Source: Dipteris shenzhenensis (taxonomy: Eukaryota). Taken from it: a stretch of DNA of 64,000 nucleotides. The DNA lies in NCBI GenBank assembly GCA_047967505.1, contig CM106538.1; one strand, given 5' to 3'. Shown piece after piece: positions 26,615 to 39,957 of the stretch. A program made the position numbers and the translations under genes. The notes below the pieces were generated by a model, which searched no databases, was not told the origin of the DNA, and saw only the letters and a list, made by a program, of their open reading frames with translations. The first letter of the stretch is position 1. Every line of letters starts with the position of its first letter.

Positions 26615-27859
26615 TTGCTTATCCGTGCTATTGAAACTCCACCCCATGTAAGGGACTCAAATTTTTGAGATTGCCATACCTCGCCCCATATTCAAAGAAA
26701 CCATAAATTCAAATGTCAAAAGGTGACCTCACTTATGCTAACTTATTGAGAAAAAGAGTTGCCAACCCCTTCCTTTTTTTTTGGGGGGGCCACCCCCTTC
26801 TTTTGATGTGTAGTATAAATTTTGAGGTTTCCTTGTCATAATCATGAAATCAATCAAAGGATTTGACAAGGGTATAATTTGCAGTATAGTAGTTTCCCTT
26901 GCTTTATAATATAACATTATTTGTTTGGTTTTTCAAGTTATTTAGAAGAATAATAAACCATAGTAAGGTGCAAGAATGCGATTCTTAAGTAATTATTTTT
27001 GTAAAAAGCATTTCACTTCATTTGAAAGTGACATGTGACTGTCCAAGATAGGTTCAGCTAGCATTGTTGCCACATAAGGTTCACCCAAAGTACCATAAGT
27101 AGTACATGAGTTTTAATGAGGCTTTATTAAAGAGAACAGAGTGCCCCTAATGTCACCTTTTGGAAGTACTTTACATCACCTTTGCCATTCATATTACAAA
27201 GAGGTTAATTTTACAAATGACTGGTAGATGGTATCACCATGATGGATAGTACATAGAGATAGACTATTTTAGTTTACAGGTCTCAATGTTCATTCGTTGT
27301 ATTTGTCTCAATTCAACTTCACCAAATAAATCTTTTAAATCCAATGATATTTTGCAATTTAGCTTTCTTAAATTCCAAATATTGTTGAGCTGGCAATTCA
27401 ATATCAATTGGTGAATGAACCATTTATTTGGAAAACTTGTTAATTCTATGAAAGACATCAATATTCTTATTTTGAACATTGTCTTTCTATAGGAAATTGT
27501 TTGAAACATTAAGCATCACAATGGGTTTGGTCCTACTTTGCTGGCATGTTGTCGAAGACATCAATACATTCTAACAAGTCATTCTTTAAGCCACGATTTC
27601 ATATCAAGTTTTTAATAATTTATTTAAGATGAGTTCATGTGTGCATGAGGATCTACTTTGTTCCTTTTATTGAAAATAACCATTCAAATTCACAGAATTT
27701 GGTCAGGCTGGCCCGGGCCCCAGGTACGTGGACCTCCCTAGTTGTAACAAACTGATGCATATTACAATAACATGTGGATCATACTTATTTTATTAGTTTT
27801 TTGGAACCATACAAAGATGATGTTCAAATGAAAATAACCTTCCATGTGTGAATCATATA

Positions 27860-27960
27860 CAACGATAATATTTGATGGGTTGGAAAGGATGAAGGTGACA
27901 TATGAGCGAGAAATGGATCTCTAAAAAGATGAATGATTTTTAGGTGGGTATGATAATCAT

Positions 27961-27993
<33 letters not shown>

Positions 27994-28032
27994 AGGGGGG
28001 GAGGGAGGGGGGGGGAGGAAGGGAGGGAGGGA

Positions 28033-28077
<45 letters not shown>

Positions 28078-28111
28078 AGGCAGGGAGGGGGGGGGGAGGG
28101 AGGGAGGGAGG

Positions 28112-28173
<62 letters not shown>

Positions 28174-28184
28174 AGGGACGGAAG

Positions 28185-28232
<48 letters not shown>

Positions 28233-28241
28233 CGGGAGGGA

Positions 28242-28281
<40 letters not shown>

Positions 28282-28830
28282 GAACAAGTCATGAGAAAGA
28301 ACATTCATTGAATTATTTAACATAATTGTACTCCATCTATACACAGGAATAACACTCCTACCACCAAAAAACAATGTGGCACCTACAACCATAGAAGCAA
28401 GAATGCATGTAAGATCTCGCCTACCAGTAATAACTTGAGCATGACATGTGATTTCAAAGGCTTTGCTATAGTATAGCGCCTGGCAAACCTTTACAGCATT
28501 TGTTCAATGAAAGACTTTAAGGAACCATCATTGCCATGGGTGGTTGTTATGGCTCGGGATCATTCTCGTTTTGATAGCATTTCAACATGGAGGTATAGGC
28601 TGAGACAAGTATGGAAGCCAACATTTTCTTTTAAGTTGAATTTACTATTGTAGAGGGTCATGCTATGCAAACTTCCTGTAAGGGAAAGAGTAGCAAAGTG
28701 GAACCATAAGGTATCTCCATTGTGCCCTTTATACAGAGTTAAAAAAGAGAGTCATATGCATGTTTTTTGGATGGCACATGGCTATCAGAAATGTTTGGTG
28801 GAGGATTAGGAAATGGCTAAAGAAATTTTC
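27860..28830 (+). mobile_element. Possible decayed CACTA-type transposase remnant, interrupted by the (GA)n tract
   Basis: Weak ordered motifs IFDG, FIELFNIIVLHLYTG, TCDFKG and a degenerate HxLDxMHxxKNV-like stretch near 28755-28795. Confidence 0.3.
27961..28277. repeat. Compound (GA)n/(GGGA)n polypurine microsatellite
   Basis: About 317 bp of almost pure G/A. It explains the spurious RE- and SL-rich ORFs here. Confidence 0.98.
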
Positions 28831-30717
28831 TTTATATATAAGCCGACGTGGAAAAATGCCTTGCTGGGATAAAAAGAAAAATTGAATGATATGTTGTTCG
28901 ATCTTTGGCAACGGTTGAGAGCAATGGTGATTTATCACATCGGAAATCTTTGAAATTGCATTGTTTTTAAAAAATTCAAAAGTGCAGTCCCTCTTCACGA
29001 GGAAGTTATTGCGGAGTTTACTAGAACCCTGAAAGTTTTAGGCAAAAAAATATCAGTGGCTGGAATGATTTTCGGAATCTTGGAGTTATCGGTTCTTGGT
29101 TCTTATTTGCCCCTAGCCTTTGGCTAAGGTTTTGCATGCATGAGCCTACCTCTTGTGGGAGGCTATTTTGTCTTATTGTACTTTCAAAAATTTGCTAATA
29201 TGATTTTGTTTCGCTTTTACGCAAATTTTCTTAAAAAAAGCATGTAACCGAAATTTGCAAAACACCATTTGAAGAAGGTGCATGAAAAAATAACCCTTTA
29301 ATCCTTGGAAAGGCAACCCAAGGTGAAGACAAACCTCAAACAACAATCGAAGGGAGCCTAGTGGTGGTGAAGGGTATCAAGGGAGGTTGTGAATAGTTCT
29401 AATAGCAAGAGGGAGTTAAAGCGCTTTGATTAAGAAGGTAGCAAGGAAAACTATTATGTATCGATGCCTTTCGGAGAGCAAGATCTCTAAATGCAAAATG
29501 GAGGAGTCTAAGCTACTTGGATTGAAGATTCAAGAATATTTGGAAATTGTGTCAAGTGGGGAAGGCTTGATTTATGCTTTGAAAAGTGTTGAGGCAAGTT
29601 GGGAAGATAGTTTGATGTTAGCCCTAGTTGCTTGTTGTGCAAGACCTTAGTGGAGGTTCTAATTTTTAGAGGTGGTGGTAAGGAAGTTTGTACTAGTGTC
29701 TTCCTTCCTTTGTGTTGAGGTCAATCTTGTGTTGAAATTGGTTGTTGTTTATAAGGACCATTGGAGTTTTAGCTATGTGGGGCATGAGGAATAAGTTGGT
29801 GTTTGAGAGTGCTTTTGTAGATACTGTCCTATAAAGAGGATCCTCCAATGCAACGGCTGAAACTTAGGGCAAGCCAAAATATAGTATAACATGCCTTGCT
29901 CTACGGGTTGTAGAAGCTCCCTCCTAAAATCACGAAACGGGTGATGCTAAGTTGAAAAATAGGAGTGGTGATCAATGGGAGCTGAAAACCAACTCGACAA
30001 TCTGATGAAAGCACATAACTTTTGCCATTTCCCATGGATTGACTATTCTCATGCTCTCGAGAGCCTTTGTTTTCTGCCTATCTGGATGCAGCACACGGGA
30101 ATGCCCTCTCACACGAGAGCGTGGGTGCTTCTTTGAATGGTTGTGATAGAAGTTGGTTCTGGGGCTGTGAAGTTCAGGAAGGAGCCAAGTTTTCTTGTAA
30201 TAGAAGCCGGCATTTATGAAGAGAGGAGATAAATGAAACGATAAAAGGCGGCGGCGGGAAAAAGACGAAGGGGGGGACTAAGCTTAAGAGAAAGATGATG
30301 GTTAAGGCTACCAACCAGGGGGCTGAGCTGGCCGTCACCTCCAACGCCAGCAGCAGCAGGTGTCTCTGCTGCGGCCTCTTCTGCTCTGCTCCCTTTCGTA
30401 TCCTCTGCTGTGTTGTATTTTGAGCACTTGCTTCTGCTTCTGTGCTCTGCTCTGCTCTGCTGGTAAAGCGATTTGGAAGAAGAGCTTTGCCTCTTCACTT
30501 CCTCTGCTTCCCTGTATCCACCCCATCCTCCTGCCCTTGCTTCTTCTTCACACCTTGCCCCTATCCCAGCCCCCTCATCGCCTTTTCCTTCTTTTCAGCT
30601 GCACTCCTTTGTGCCCTCACATGAAGCCTGCCCCTGGCGCATCCACACCATGCTTGCCTTGCGCTCTTGACGCTTGATCCGCTTCGTATTCATCGTCTCT
30701 CTCTCTCAGCTTGTGTC

Positions 30718-30828
30718 ATGGAGACAGAAGTAGCCGGAGCTTACGACGATGAAGCTTACGATCAGCACAATGACACCCCAGGACTCGATTTCGCTTATGA
30801 TGCTTTCGATCAGCACAATGGCAGCCAA
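30718..30828 (+). CDS. WVD2-like (WDL7-type) TPX2-domain protein, putative coding exon 1
   Basis: METEVAGAYDDEAYDQHNDTPGLDFAYDAFDQHNGSQ|gtacat. Phase 0, compatible with the 37576 exon. It follows a CT-rich 5' UTR-like region. Confidence 0.6.
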
Positions 30829-33800
30829 GTACATGCTCTTACTTATCGTATAATCGTTAATGAACTTTCCCACGAGGCAATGCTCTATGTTTGCAGCTTC
30901 AGCATTTGTCCCTCCTTAGTACCACTCGACTTCTTCCGACTTTTCCGCCATTTGAATTTACCTGTCTTGTTTTCTAGTCTACTTACAACTTGTAGATCAT
31001 GCGATTCAGACGGCAATAAACTAAGGTAATGAGTTTTGTGGACGCTTCAAATTAGAGAAAGGTTGTGCGTGCCTCGCTTTTCGTCTCTCAGGTACAGAAA
31101 GCGTGTACAAAGCGCTATTTGTTATTCAATCATCGTGAAGGTTGCAGATACTATACCTTTTGAGGTTCGTGATCCATACAATCTGCTGTTACACGAGAGC
31201 TCCGCTCGAGTCCGCGTATCGAGAGAGTTGTCTTTTGGCAGAGCAGGATTTGGAGAAGCTTACCTTCTTCGACATATCTTTGTTTGGAGGTCTGTATTTG
31301 GGAGTGGGTGCAGGTCAGCCGTCGTAGCGCAATTGACTCTGAAGATGGGCCTTTTGCAGTGTAGATCAACGTCATTTTTGGGCTCTTGCTTACGGGTTCC
31401 CCCTTGGGTATCTACCTGTTTTGCATTAGCGTCGTTCGGGCTTTGGTGACTCCCGTCTCGTAGTATATCCCCCTCCGTGGCGGCGGCAAAGGAGCATGGT
31501 TATTCTTCTGAACGTCGATTGTACGGTTTTTTAATAGTACAAGCAGGCCCGCGCACAGAAGTTGCTTGCTTTCGCAAGATTGTTGCTTGGACCATCCATC
31601 AACCGAAGTATTGCTCTCCAGAGCGTGAGACTCTAGGAACTTTTGCGGCCAAGCAGTCCCTTCCATTCCTCACTAATGCAGGGCGCTTATTGCTTATCAC
31701 ATTTCAAAGCGTGATGTTAGCTGCAATGTCTAGTGTTATTTCCATGAGGTGTCGTATATAATCGAGGTAATGCTTGTCGGTTTTGCATTCGGCTTCGAAG
31801 ATATTGGATTTGTTGTAGCCACGTGCACTGGACATGTCCATCAGGCCTGGGTGTATTAAGATGGCTCACTGGCATCTTTAGCTAGTATGCTCTTGGGTTG
31901 ACATGCAGGGTCACTGCGGCATGGGTTTCCACATTACAGGCTAGGACTCTTTATTACGGTGAGTTCCAGGAAGACAAACATAGAAGTCGACAGACTTCAT
32001 TCAAGTGGGGATCGCTTTTAAGCACGTTCCCTCGACTATGACGGCTTTGATGATTCCTTACAAGGTGAGTTCAGCTATAGAAGCGGAGCATTGGTCCAAT
32101 CAGCGGGATTCTGATTTGAAGTGGCTAGGCTGATTTGAGTTTGGTCGGCTAAAGTGCATTGGCGCCCTCAGACCAGAGTAATGTGTGTCCCATATATATG
32201 CTCTGTGAGGAAACTGACTTGCTACACAGAAAGAGGGCATCTGGAAGATTCCTTCTTTTCCAAACCATGGAAGCTTTACATTTTTCTTCAATAAATGAAG
32301 AGGAGGGGTGTTAGGTGATATTCAAGGTTCAAATAATTTGCAAAATTCGGACACGCTAAATTATTCTACATCAAGGATCTGGAAGTGTCCCCAAGTCTGC
32401 TCGTTTTCAGAAATTTTGAGGAAGTTTCCACTAGTCTCCACCATTCGCTTTTAGAACTCTGAGAATGTTTGACCAATTAGAAAGAATCAGGGTGTTTTTT
32501 CTGATAGTGTGGAAGTTTACTGGTGTCCTGAAGATGACTTCTGCCGTGGTTGCACAAATGTTAATCCAATGATAGCAACATAAGGAGTTAAAAACAAAAC
32601 TTTCATTTTCCTAGTTGCAGAGTTCTGAATCATGAAGGTCAAACAACCTTAGGACACCACAGCAAGAAAAGAGCAACGCAAAATTTGGCCAGAGAACTCA
32701 ATTGCAGAGTGATAGTTGACTAAGGCATGAATGGCCGACTGGAAGGGAACAAATTGATTCATACAGAATTTGGCCTCAGATACCCAAGCCTTGAAGTTGC
32801 ATCCTTAGCTAGCCCTTCAAAAAGATGTTTTGGTCAATTGCAGTCTTTTCTGAACTAATGAAGTAGTTGAATTGGAGGCTCTGTTAACAACATGCGAAAG
32901 CTCAAGCTGCAGTAAAAGGATCTTTTGGGAGATTGCTAAAAGGAGGAAACATTTCAAATATCTTTGTAGATGAACGAGATTGCAAACCTATGGAAAGCTT
33001 ACTTGTTGGGTCTATTGTTGGTTGAAAGGATTTCAGTTCTAACCTTAATAAAGCTAGGTGATCAATTTGGTTGTATACTTTGAAAGCTTTGCAATAAAAA
33101 GCTTAACACTAGGAAGAAGAAGCTTACGGTCAGTGACAGGGAGGCGAGACCATCATTATGCATCTCAACACATTTAGGACCTTTTGAATTGACTTCTAGC
33201 AATGGGGGAGAATTGCTTATAACTCCGCTAAGAATGGCTTGTTGCCGACTGAGATTAGGGCAGATCTGGTTGGCGGAACAGACTGCGCGAGTCGGTTATA
33301 GCAGCAGGTCCAGTCTGCTGTTCCAAGGGAGTTTCCAGCAAACTTTGTCATACTGGAAATGGGTTGACCAAGTTGCGGCCTGCTGGTATTGCGATAATTC
33401 TTTCTATCTTAAATGGTGCGTTGCCCTATCAGCTAGATTTAGATTTAGATGCTCGTTTGGGAGAGATTAAAATGAAATTGTTTAGACTTCACAAGCAGTT
33501 GTAGCTTGAATGAAGAGATTTGGACTACTTTTTGATTAGCCTTCTCCTTAAGTGCTAGCCTTCGTCATGGCTGAGTTTGCCCTTCACCTTCGGAGTGCCG
33601 ACAGAAACTCAGTACGAAGACTTTGTATAAATGGATGCTCAAGTATGTGTGGGTGTGTGGATTTGTATGTGTGAGAGCATACTTTTATACTATGGTCTAC
33701 ACCCACTGTTGGGCGCTGATGACATCAGTGGGGATGTCATAGTAGCATAGTCCTTGCTATGCGTGATGGAGTTTATGGTTTTCAATCTTATGAGTGACTC

Positions 33801-33879
33801 TCTTGAGATTGAAACTGCACTATGTTGTGTTTTTAGAGGATGAGTTTGGGAATGTCCCTAGATTCATCTAGGTATATGG

Positions 33880-36587
33880 TGAGGGGGACGCATCTCCCCA
33901 AGGCCTATTGGGGTGAAGCCGTTAATATGGCCGTGCACATCTTGAACCGATCAAAGACAGAGGTAGTTGAAGACAAGACTCCTTATGAAGTCTATTATGG
34001 TAAGAAACCTACTATTTGACGCTTAAAGTTATATGGTTCTAACGCCTATGTACATGTGCTTAAGGATGAAAGAAAGAAGCTCGATTCTAGGAGCCAGAAG
34101 TGAAAATTTGTCGGGTACAGTGAAGAGTAGTAAGCATATTGTCCCTCTGACACAGGTAAGAAATAGATCCTTATCGACGGGGACATTGTCTTCGAGGAGA
34201 CGAAATCTCTGCCAAGGAGGTGATACAAGAAGCTTCAGAAGAACGCCACTGGTACCCGGGTTGGCAATGAAGAAAAAGGATGAAGAGTCCGAGGAGAGAG
34301 GTGTGGAGTAAGAGGCACGAGAAGCAAAGGAACCACCTAAGAAGCCACCACCGATGGAGAAGAAGCTATATGAGGACACTGTAGGAGTCTTGGGTGACAG
34401 AATTACTTGAGGCAAGTTTTGGGGTAAGGAGATCTCAATGCATTTCGAGAAATCCTACTATGAACTATGCATTGGTGGCTCAGATTGATGAGCCAAGATC
34501 TTTCAAGGAGGTGAAAGATATACTATAATGGCAAGCAGCCATCAAGGCTGAGATGGATGCTACTTTGAAGAATGACACTTGGGACTTGGTGGATACACCT
34601 TTCAAAAGGAAGGTGGTTGGTACTAAGTAAGTGTACAAGGTTAAGTTCAATCAGATGGGAGTTTGGACAAATACAAAGCCAGGCGGGTGGTCAAAGGGTA
34701 TGCTCAGGTTGGTGGGTTTTTGGCTTTGATTATACCTTTGCTCGCACAGCTCAGATGGTGACCATTCGGACAATGATAGCCTTGGCTGGGAATGGAAACC
34801 TGGAAGAGGCGGTATATGTGGATCAGCCTCAGGGTTTTCAAGTTCTGGGTTCCGCTTCTCAAGTTTGCAGATTAAAGAAGGCTATGTATGGGCTGAAACA
34901 GGCCCCTAGAGCATGGTACCAGCGCATTGATGACTTCTTCAACAAAATCAGGTTGAGTCAAAGTCCATCAGATGCTAACCTGTATCTCTTCTCAGAGGGA
35001 AGAGAAGATTGGGGGTAATCTTGTATGTGGATGACTTTACTTACAAATGATCACAAGAAGATCATCTCATCATGTCAAAGCAACTTCTGATGAAGGAGTT
35101 CGAGATGACGGATCTGCGTCTTCTTAATTACTTCCTCGGGATAGAAGTCAATCAGAAAGAACACAGCATCTTTATCTCTCACGAGAAGTATTGCTGCGAG
35201 ATTCTGAAGCAGTTTCTGTTGGAAGACTGCAAGGAGGCAGTGAGGCTAATGGAGGTTGGGCTGAAGCTGAGTGCTCAGGATACATCTCAGCTTATAGATG
35301 CCAGAAGGTATCAGAGGTTTGCTCTATCTGACCAACATTACGTCAGACATTTCTTATTTTATTGGTGTGCTTTGTCAATTTTCTTCGAAATGCAGGGAGA
35401 ATCAATGGTAGGATTATTGGTGCCGAGGTACTTGAAGGGTACCATTACATATAGCATAGGTATGGAGTTCGGTGGTTTCTGTGACTCAGATTTGTTAGGT
35501 GACTGAGGTACATGGCGTTCGACTTCTGGCTATTGTTTCTTTCTTGCTTCAGGGGTCATTTCATGGCTAAGCAAGAAATAGCCAACAGTCCTTTCTTCCA
35601 TAGAGGCACGGTACAAAGCTGCTTGTATTGCAGCAAGTGAGACGTGGTGGTTGAGATGGATTTTGGAAGACATGGACGTGCTTCAGGAGGATGCAAAGGT
35701 GATTATGAGTGACGATCAGAATTGCATTGCCATTGCAAAGAACCCTGTGTTCCATGCATGGACAAAGAAAAATGAGGCCCATTACCATTTCGTTTGGGAG
35801 CTCATCATCGATGAGATTGTGGAGCCGATGTACTGTCCAACCACTGCCAACCTTTTGGATCTTTTCACAAAGGCACTCCCAAGGGATCAACTGGAGTGCC
35901 TCATTCGATGGATGGGATTGGGCCACGGTTGTCATTGAGAGGGGTGTTAGAGGTCACTGACCACCCTGTGAGCCCCCAACTGAGGAAGTCAAGGGGTCAG
36001 TAGACTGTAGGGGCTACCTGGAACATAGGTTGCACAGTAGCCTGATTAGTTTTGGAGCAGTGGGTGCATAGAGGGAACACCCAGGAACTGCCATGATGGA
36101 AGGGGCTGTCTGCGTGGAAGTTGGACAGATGGAAAGCATGGATTGGCCACTTTATCGCTAGGCAGTGGCAGTCTGCAACAAACAGGTGGGTTTCACAGAC
36201 TGAGATTAGGACAGATCTGGTCCATGGAACACTGTTCCAGTTCGTTATAGCAGCGGGTCCAGTCCGCTGTCCAGGGGAGTTTCCAGCCTATATAAACCCC
36301 TCACTTCTCCACATTCAGAAGAACATTCAGTGAAGTCTTCTTGCTGGCAGCGTGGACTGGAGAGTGTGGAGTCATCTTTTGGAGAGTTCTCAGCAGTGAA
36401 ATCTCTTGGATTGCTGTTTTGTGCCCAGCCTTGCTGGAAGCCTTGAGCTCTTTTGTGATCTGTTTTCCCACTTCAGTGGATGAATAAAGTCTGAGTTGTC
36501 TCTCTTTCTTCTTCTCTTATATAAAGGTGAGGTATATACTTCTCTTATATACCTCACCTTTCTCCCATTCTTAATCAAGTTTCATCA
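33880..36587 (+). mobile_element. Copia retrotransposon 3' part (integrase end, RT, RNase H, PPT, 3' LTR), defective, in WDL intron 1
   Basis: LPKAYWGEAV, VCRLKKAMYGLKQAPRAWY, LYVDD, EFEMTDL, NPVFHA..HYHFV, DLFTKAL. PPT TTGAGAGGGG precedes an LTR starting TGTTAG at 35945. The QMDVKxAFL RT motif is deleted. A related LTR fragment lies at about 33250-33340. Confidence 0.93.
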
Positions 36588-37575
36588 GTATGGGTTTTCT
36601 GAATCCTTATGGATGCTCTTTGGAAAGAGAGAAAGAAAATGTCGAGGCTCAGAATTAAAATAGCACAATCATGTAAATTTAAAGCTGACTTCAAGAGTTA
36701 AGTGATATGAACATTGTTACAAAGAGAAAGGGATTCCATGAAGCTGTGGAATAACGTAAATATGTAAAGCTCACGAAATTTCAGCAGACGTAGTCATACA
36801 ACATTATTAAAACACTAGTGAATTTGGGCATGGTCTGGATTCATATAGATATATACTGTAACAGCACTATTTGAATCTAATACAGATATTAATCTGCAGA
36901 TATAACAGTACCTCCCTCCCATGGTAAGAATCAAGCAATCATAATCTCAATGAGGTCTGAGGAGAGAATTATGTGGGCCGTGTGGCCTAAGTCTTTCTGG
37001 TCAGCCGACGTATTGATTGGTGCTATGGCTTACTATATTTCTAGAGAGTCCTGGCTGCATTGTGGAAATCTCATCATATATGGGTTTGTATGTCTTTGCC
37101 AACAATCTGAAGCTCCCTGCCAATCTGGTCCGAGTCCACCTTCTAGTTTAGCTTTGCACTGCAACTGACGAATTTTAAATTGATACACTATAGTGCTGGC
37201 TGTCGAGATTCTAATGCATTGATGATGTTTTCGGTACAAGTTTACCAAAAAAGTGCCTTCTGGATAACTTTATTTATTTGTAGAAAAAGCTGTTGTTCAG
37301 AATTTGACATGAGGTATGGACACTAGAAAGTCATGATGCTTTTAATGTTTGCTTTGTGAAGCTATGCAGCATTTGCAAAACTTTTGTGGCATAAAAAGTC
37401 ACTGGTAGACTTTTAATAATCTCTCATCTTCAAGAGAAATGCTATTTCTTGTGCCTCCTTTATGTTTGTTTTGGCTGTTTGCTAACTGCTTCATGGAATC
37501 TTTGTCGACAAGTTTTGAGTTTGTGTAAAGTAACTTTTCCAGATCTTGATTTCTTTTTAATCATATTAATTGCAG

Positions 37576-38412
37576 ATGCAGAATTCTTCTCATGGAGGGC
37601 TTGGAGAGTCTGTATCCTTTGGAAGATTCTCAAGTGATTCCCTCTCCTGGGTGAAGAGGTCTTCTTTTAACCACAATCAGTATCTTGAAGAAATTGGGAG
37701 CTGCTCGACTCCTGGTTCAGTACGCCAGAAGAAAGCTTATTTTGAAGCTTACTATAAGGCTATCGCAAAAAGGAAGGCTATGGAGAAAGCACTTGCCGAA
37801 GGGAACCTGGATGAGCAGAGTTTCGAAGATGTGGGTAATGGGTCTTATGATGATGAGAAAGGGCAAGAGCATTTATCTACGACTACCACTGATATTTTAG
37901 ATGCAGCTACTACAAGTGCATGTAGCACTGCTGATGCTGGGGATTGGCTCGAAAATCGGTCAGTGGGGTCACCGAGACAGGATGAGAGTAATGGATGTGG
38001 CTTCACACAAAATGCTGAAAATTCTGGAGAATCAAATATGGAAGCGCCTGAAGGATCAAATGCTGAAGAAGAAGAGTACAACGTTCAAGGAGCTCCTCAA
38101 GTATCAAATGACGGAGAAGCTCAAGCAACCCCTGACAACAATTTTTCGGAAATGTCTGAAGCTGAAGCACAGCTTGCACAGATTATCACAGAGGGAGATA
38201 ATGAAGAAGTTGCTGTTCCAGTTTTGGGTGTCGATGAATTTAGAGAACAGGACATCCAATCCTTACAAGTTGAAACACAGGATCTTGTACCTCAGTTTCT
38301 TAGTAGCACATATATGGACAATAGTGATGGAACAAAGGAAGCTGAAATTGTCGATAAGTTTGAAACAAAAGGAATCCCAGTGCACGACATTTGCCACCCC
38401 TCTGATTTGAAG
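37576..38412 (+). CDS. WVD2-like (WDL7-type) protein, exon 2
   Basis: tgcag|MQN...SVSFGRFSSDSLSWVKRSSFNHNQYLEEIGSCSTPGSVRQKKAYFEAYYK (conserved WDL7-type N-terminal block)...DLK|gtgagc. Confidence 0.93.
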
Positions 38413-38929
38413 GTGAGCTACTGTAATTCGTCTTTCAGAGCTTGCTTTTGTTGAAAAACTCAGGCATCCCTGTTCAATGCATGGTCACAAATTGTCTATA
38501 CTTTTTCTGGGGTGGTAGGGAAGGGGTGGAATCTTCCTTCCAGGATTTTATTCTGTTGTTTGAGCTAGCATGTATCTCATATTTGCTGGTGGGAAGGGAA
38601 ACCTTGCCTGGCTATTTCTTTCTCAATTTCTTCTCCTGCTGTGTACATTTAGTTCAGCTATCAATTGTCTCTTATTGGTTGTTGTGGGCAATAAGGTTTC
38701 TTTGTTTGCTCAAGTTCTTTTAAATTGTTTGCCCCCCTCCCCCCGGGTCTGCTCCTAATCTCTTGAGAAGCATTTGACTTCAATGGTCACGTCAAATCGT
38801 TGTAACTTGTCGTAAAAGAGATCTGTGTATTCTTTTCCTTGCCTTGGGGAGATATTCATGGCTTTGAAGAGATTTGTTGCTCTTTTTTACTAGAGGTGTC
38901 TTTTGAGGTAGATGTTGCTGTAGTTCATG

Positions 38930-39110
38930 TAACATACACAGTCGCTCTGTTTCTCATTTAGATATCAACTTATTGAAAGACGTAGTTCCCATTATCCAGT
39001 AAAATTCAAGCTTGTCATGTACCTTACACAGTCGCTCTGTTTCTCATTTTTGTCTCAATTTTATTGAAAGATATAGTTCTCATTATCCAGTAGTACAAGC
39101 CAAGTTCAAG
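38930..39110. repeat. Tandem duplication of about 90 bp, followed by (GA)n at 39114-39149
   Basis: tacacagtcgctctgtttctcattt...cattatccagta occurs twice. Confidence 0.8.
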
Positions 39111-39112
39111 CC

Positions 39113-39153
<41 letters not shown>

Positions 39154-39567
39154 TCGTTTGTCAATCTATCTTTCTCTCTACAGACATGCGCGCACACACA
39201 CTCTTGTACAGGTACATGCTTACAGGTCTTGTACATACAGAGACATGCTTACAACTGTTTTAGGGATAGTATTGGTAAAAGGACTCAGGGTGTGTGTGCT
39301 TAGGTATTACCTGAGTAAATTCGTTCTTTTCCTGCTTTTTCTGTTTCATAAAAGTCTCCTACAAAAGCCCCCTTGTATATTTTAATCACTATTAATTTAG
39401 TAGTGCTGATGGTTTGTTTTGTTTTGGGTTTTCTTTGCGTCTGATGAATTTGTTTTTGTATGGCATAGCTGGTGCAATATCAAATTTTCTTGTGTAGGTC
39501 GATTATGTGACTCTATACGTTACCTAACACCTTGATGGCAATTCATTCCTGTACACTTAAAATCCAG

Positions 39568-39957
39568 GAGTCCCCGGATGAGCATGTGGATCTGAAAGCA
39601 AATAGATCAAAAAAGGCGTCCAATCAAAAGCTTTCTCAATCTCCTGCACGCAAGTCAAGTGCAAAGTCCTCTACTGCAACTGTGATCAGTGCCTCAAATT
39701 CTGTAGCTAAACTGCGCAGAGGAAATGTTTCAAGACAGCAGGGGCCCGGAGGTGTGGCAGAGATGAAAGGTCATCCACGACCTGTGAATACTGGAAATTC
39801 ACATTCTAATATAACCGTGCCACAGCCCTTTGCACTTGCAACAGACAAAAGAGCGTCTCTGACAGGATACGTTGTCGAACAAGATGGGACAAAGCTTGCA
39901 GGGAAGCCTGCGCGCAATGGTTCTGTTCTGTATTCCCCGGCTCCAAAAAAGACTCAG
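39568..39957 (+). CDS. WVD2-like protein, exon 3
   Basis: ccag|ESPDEH...NITVPQPFALATDKRAS (WDL motif)...KKTQ|gtaaat. Confidence 0.92.

Noticed and set aside
27940-28392. ORFs rich in RE or SL dipeptides
   Set aside because: Translations of the (GA)n microsatellite.
31036-31761. Several 60-137 aa ORFs after WDL exon 1
   Set aside because: No recognisable domains; consistent with GC-rich first-intron sequence.
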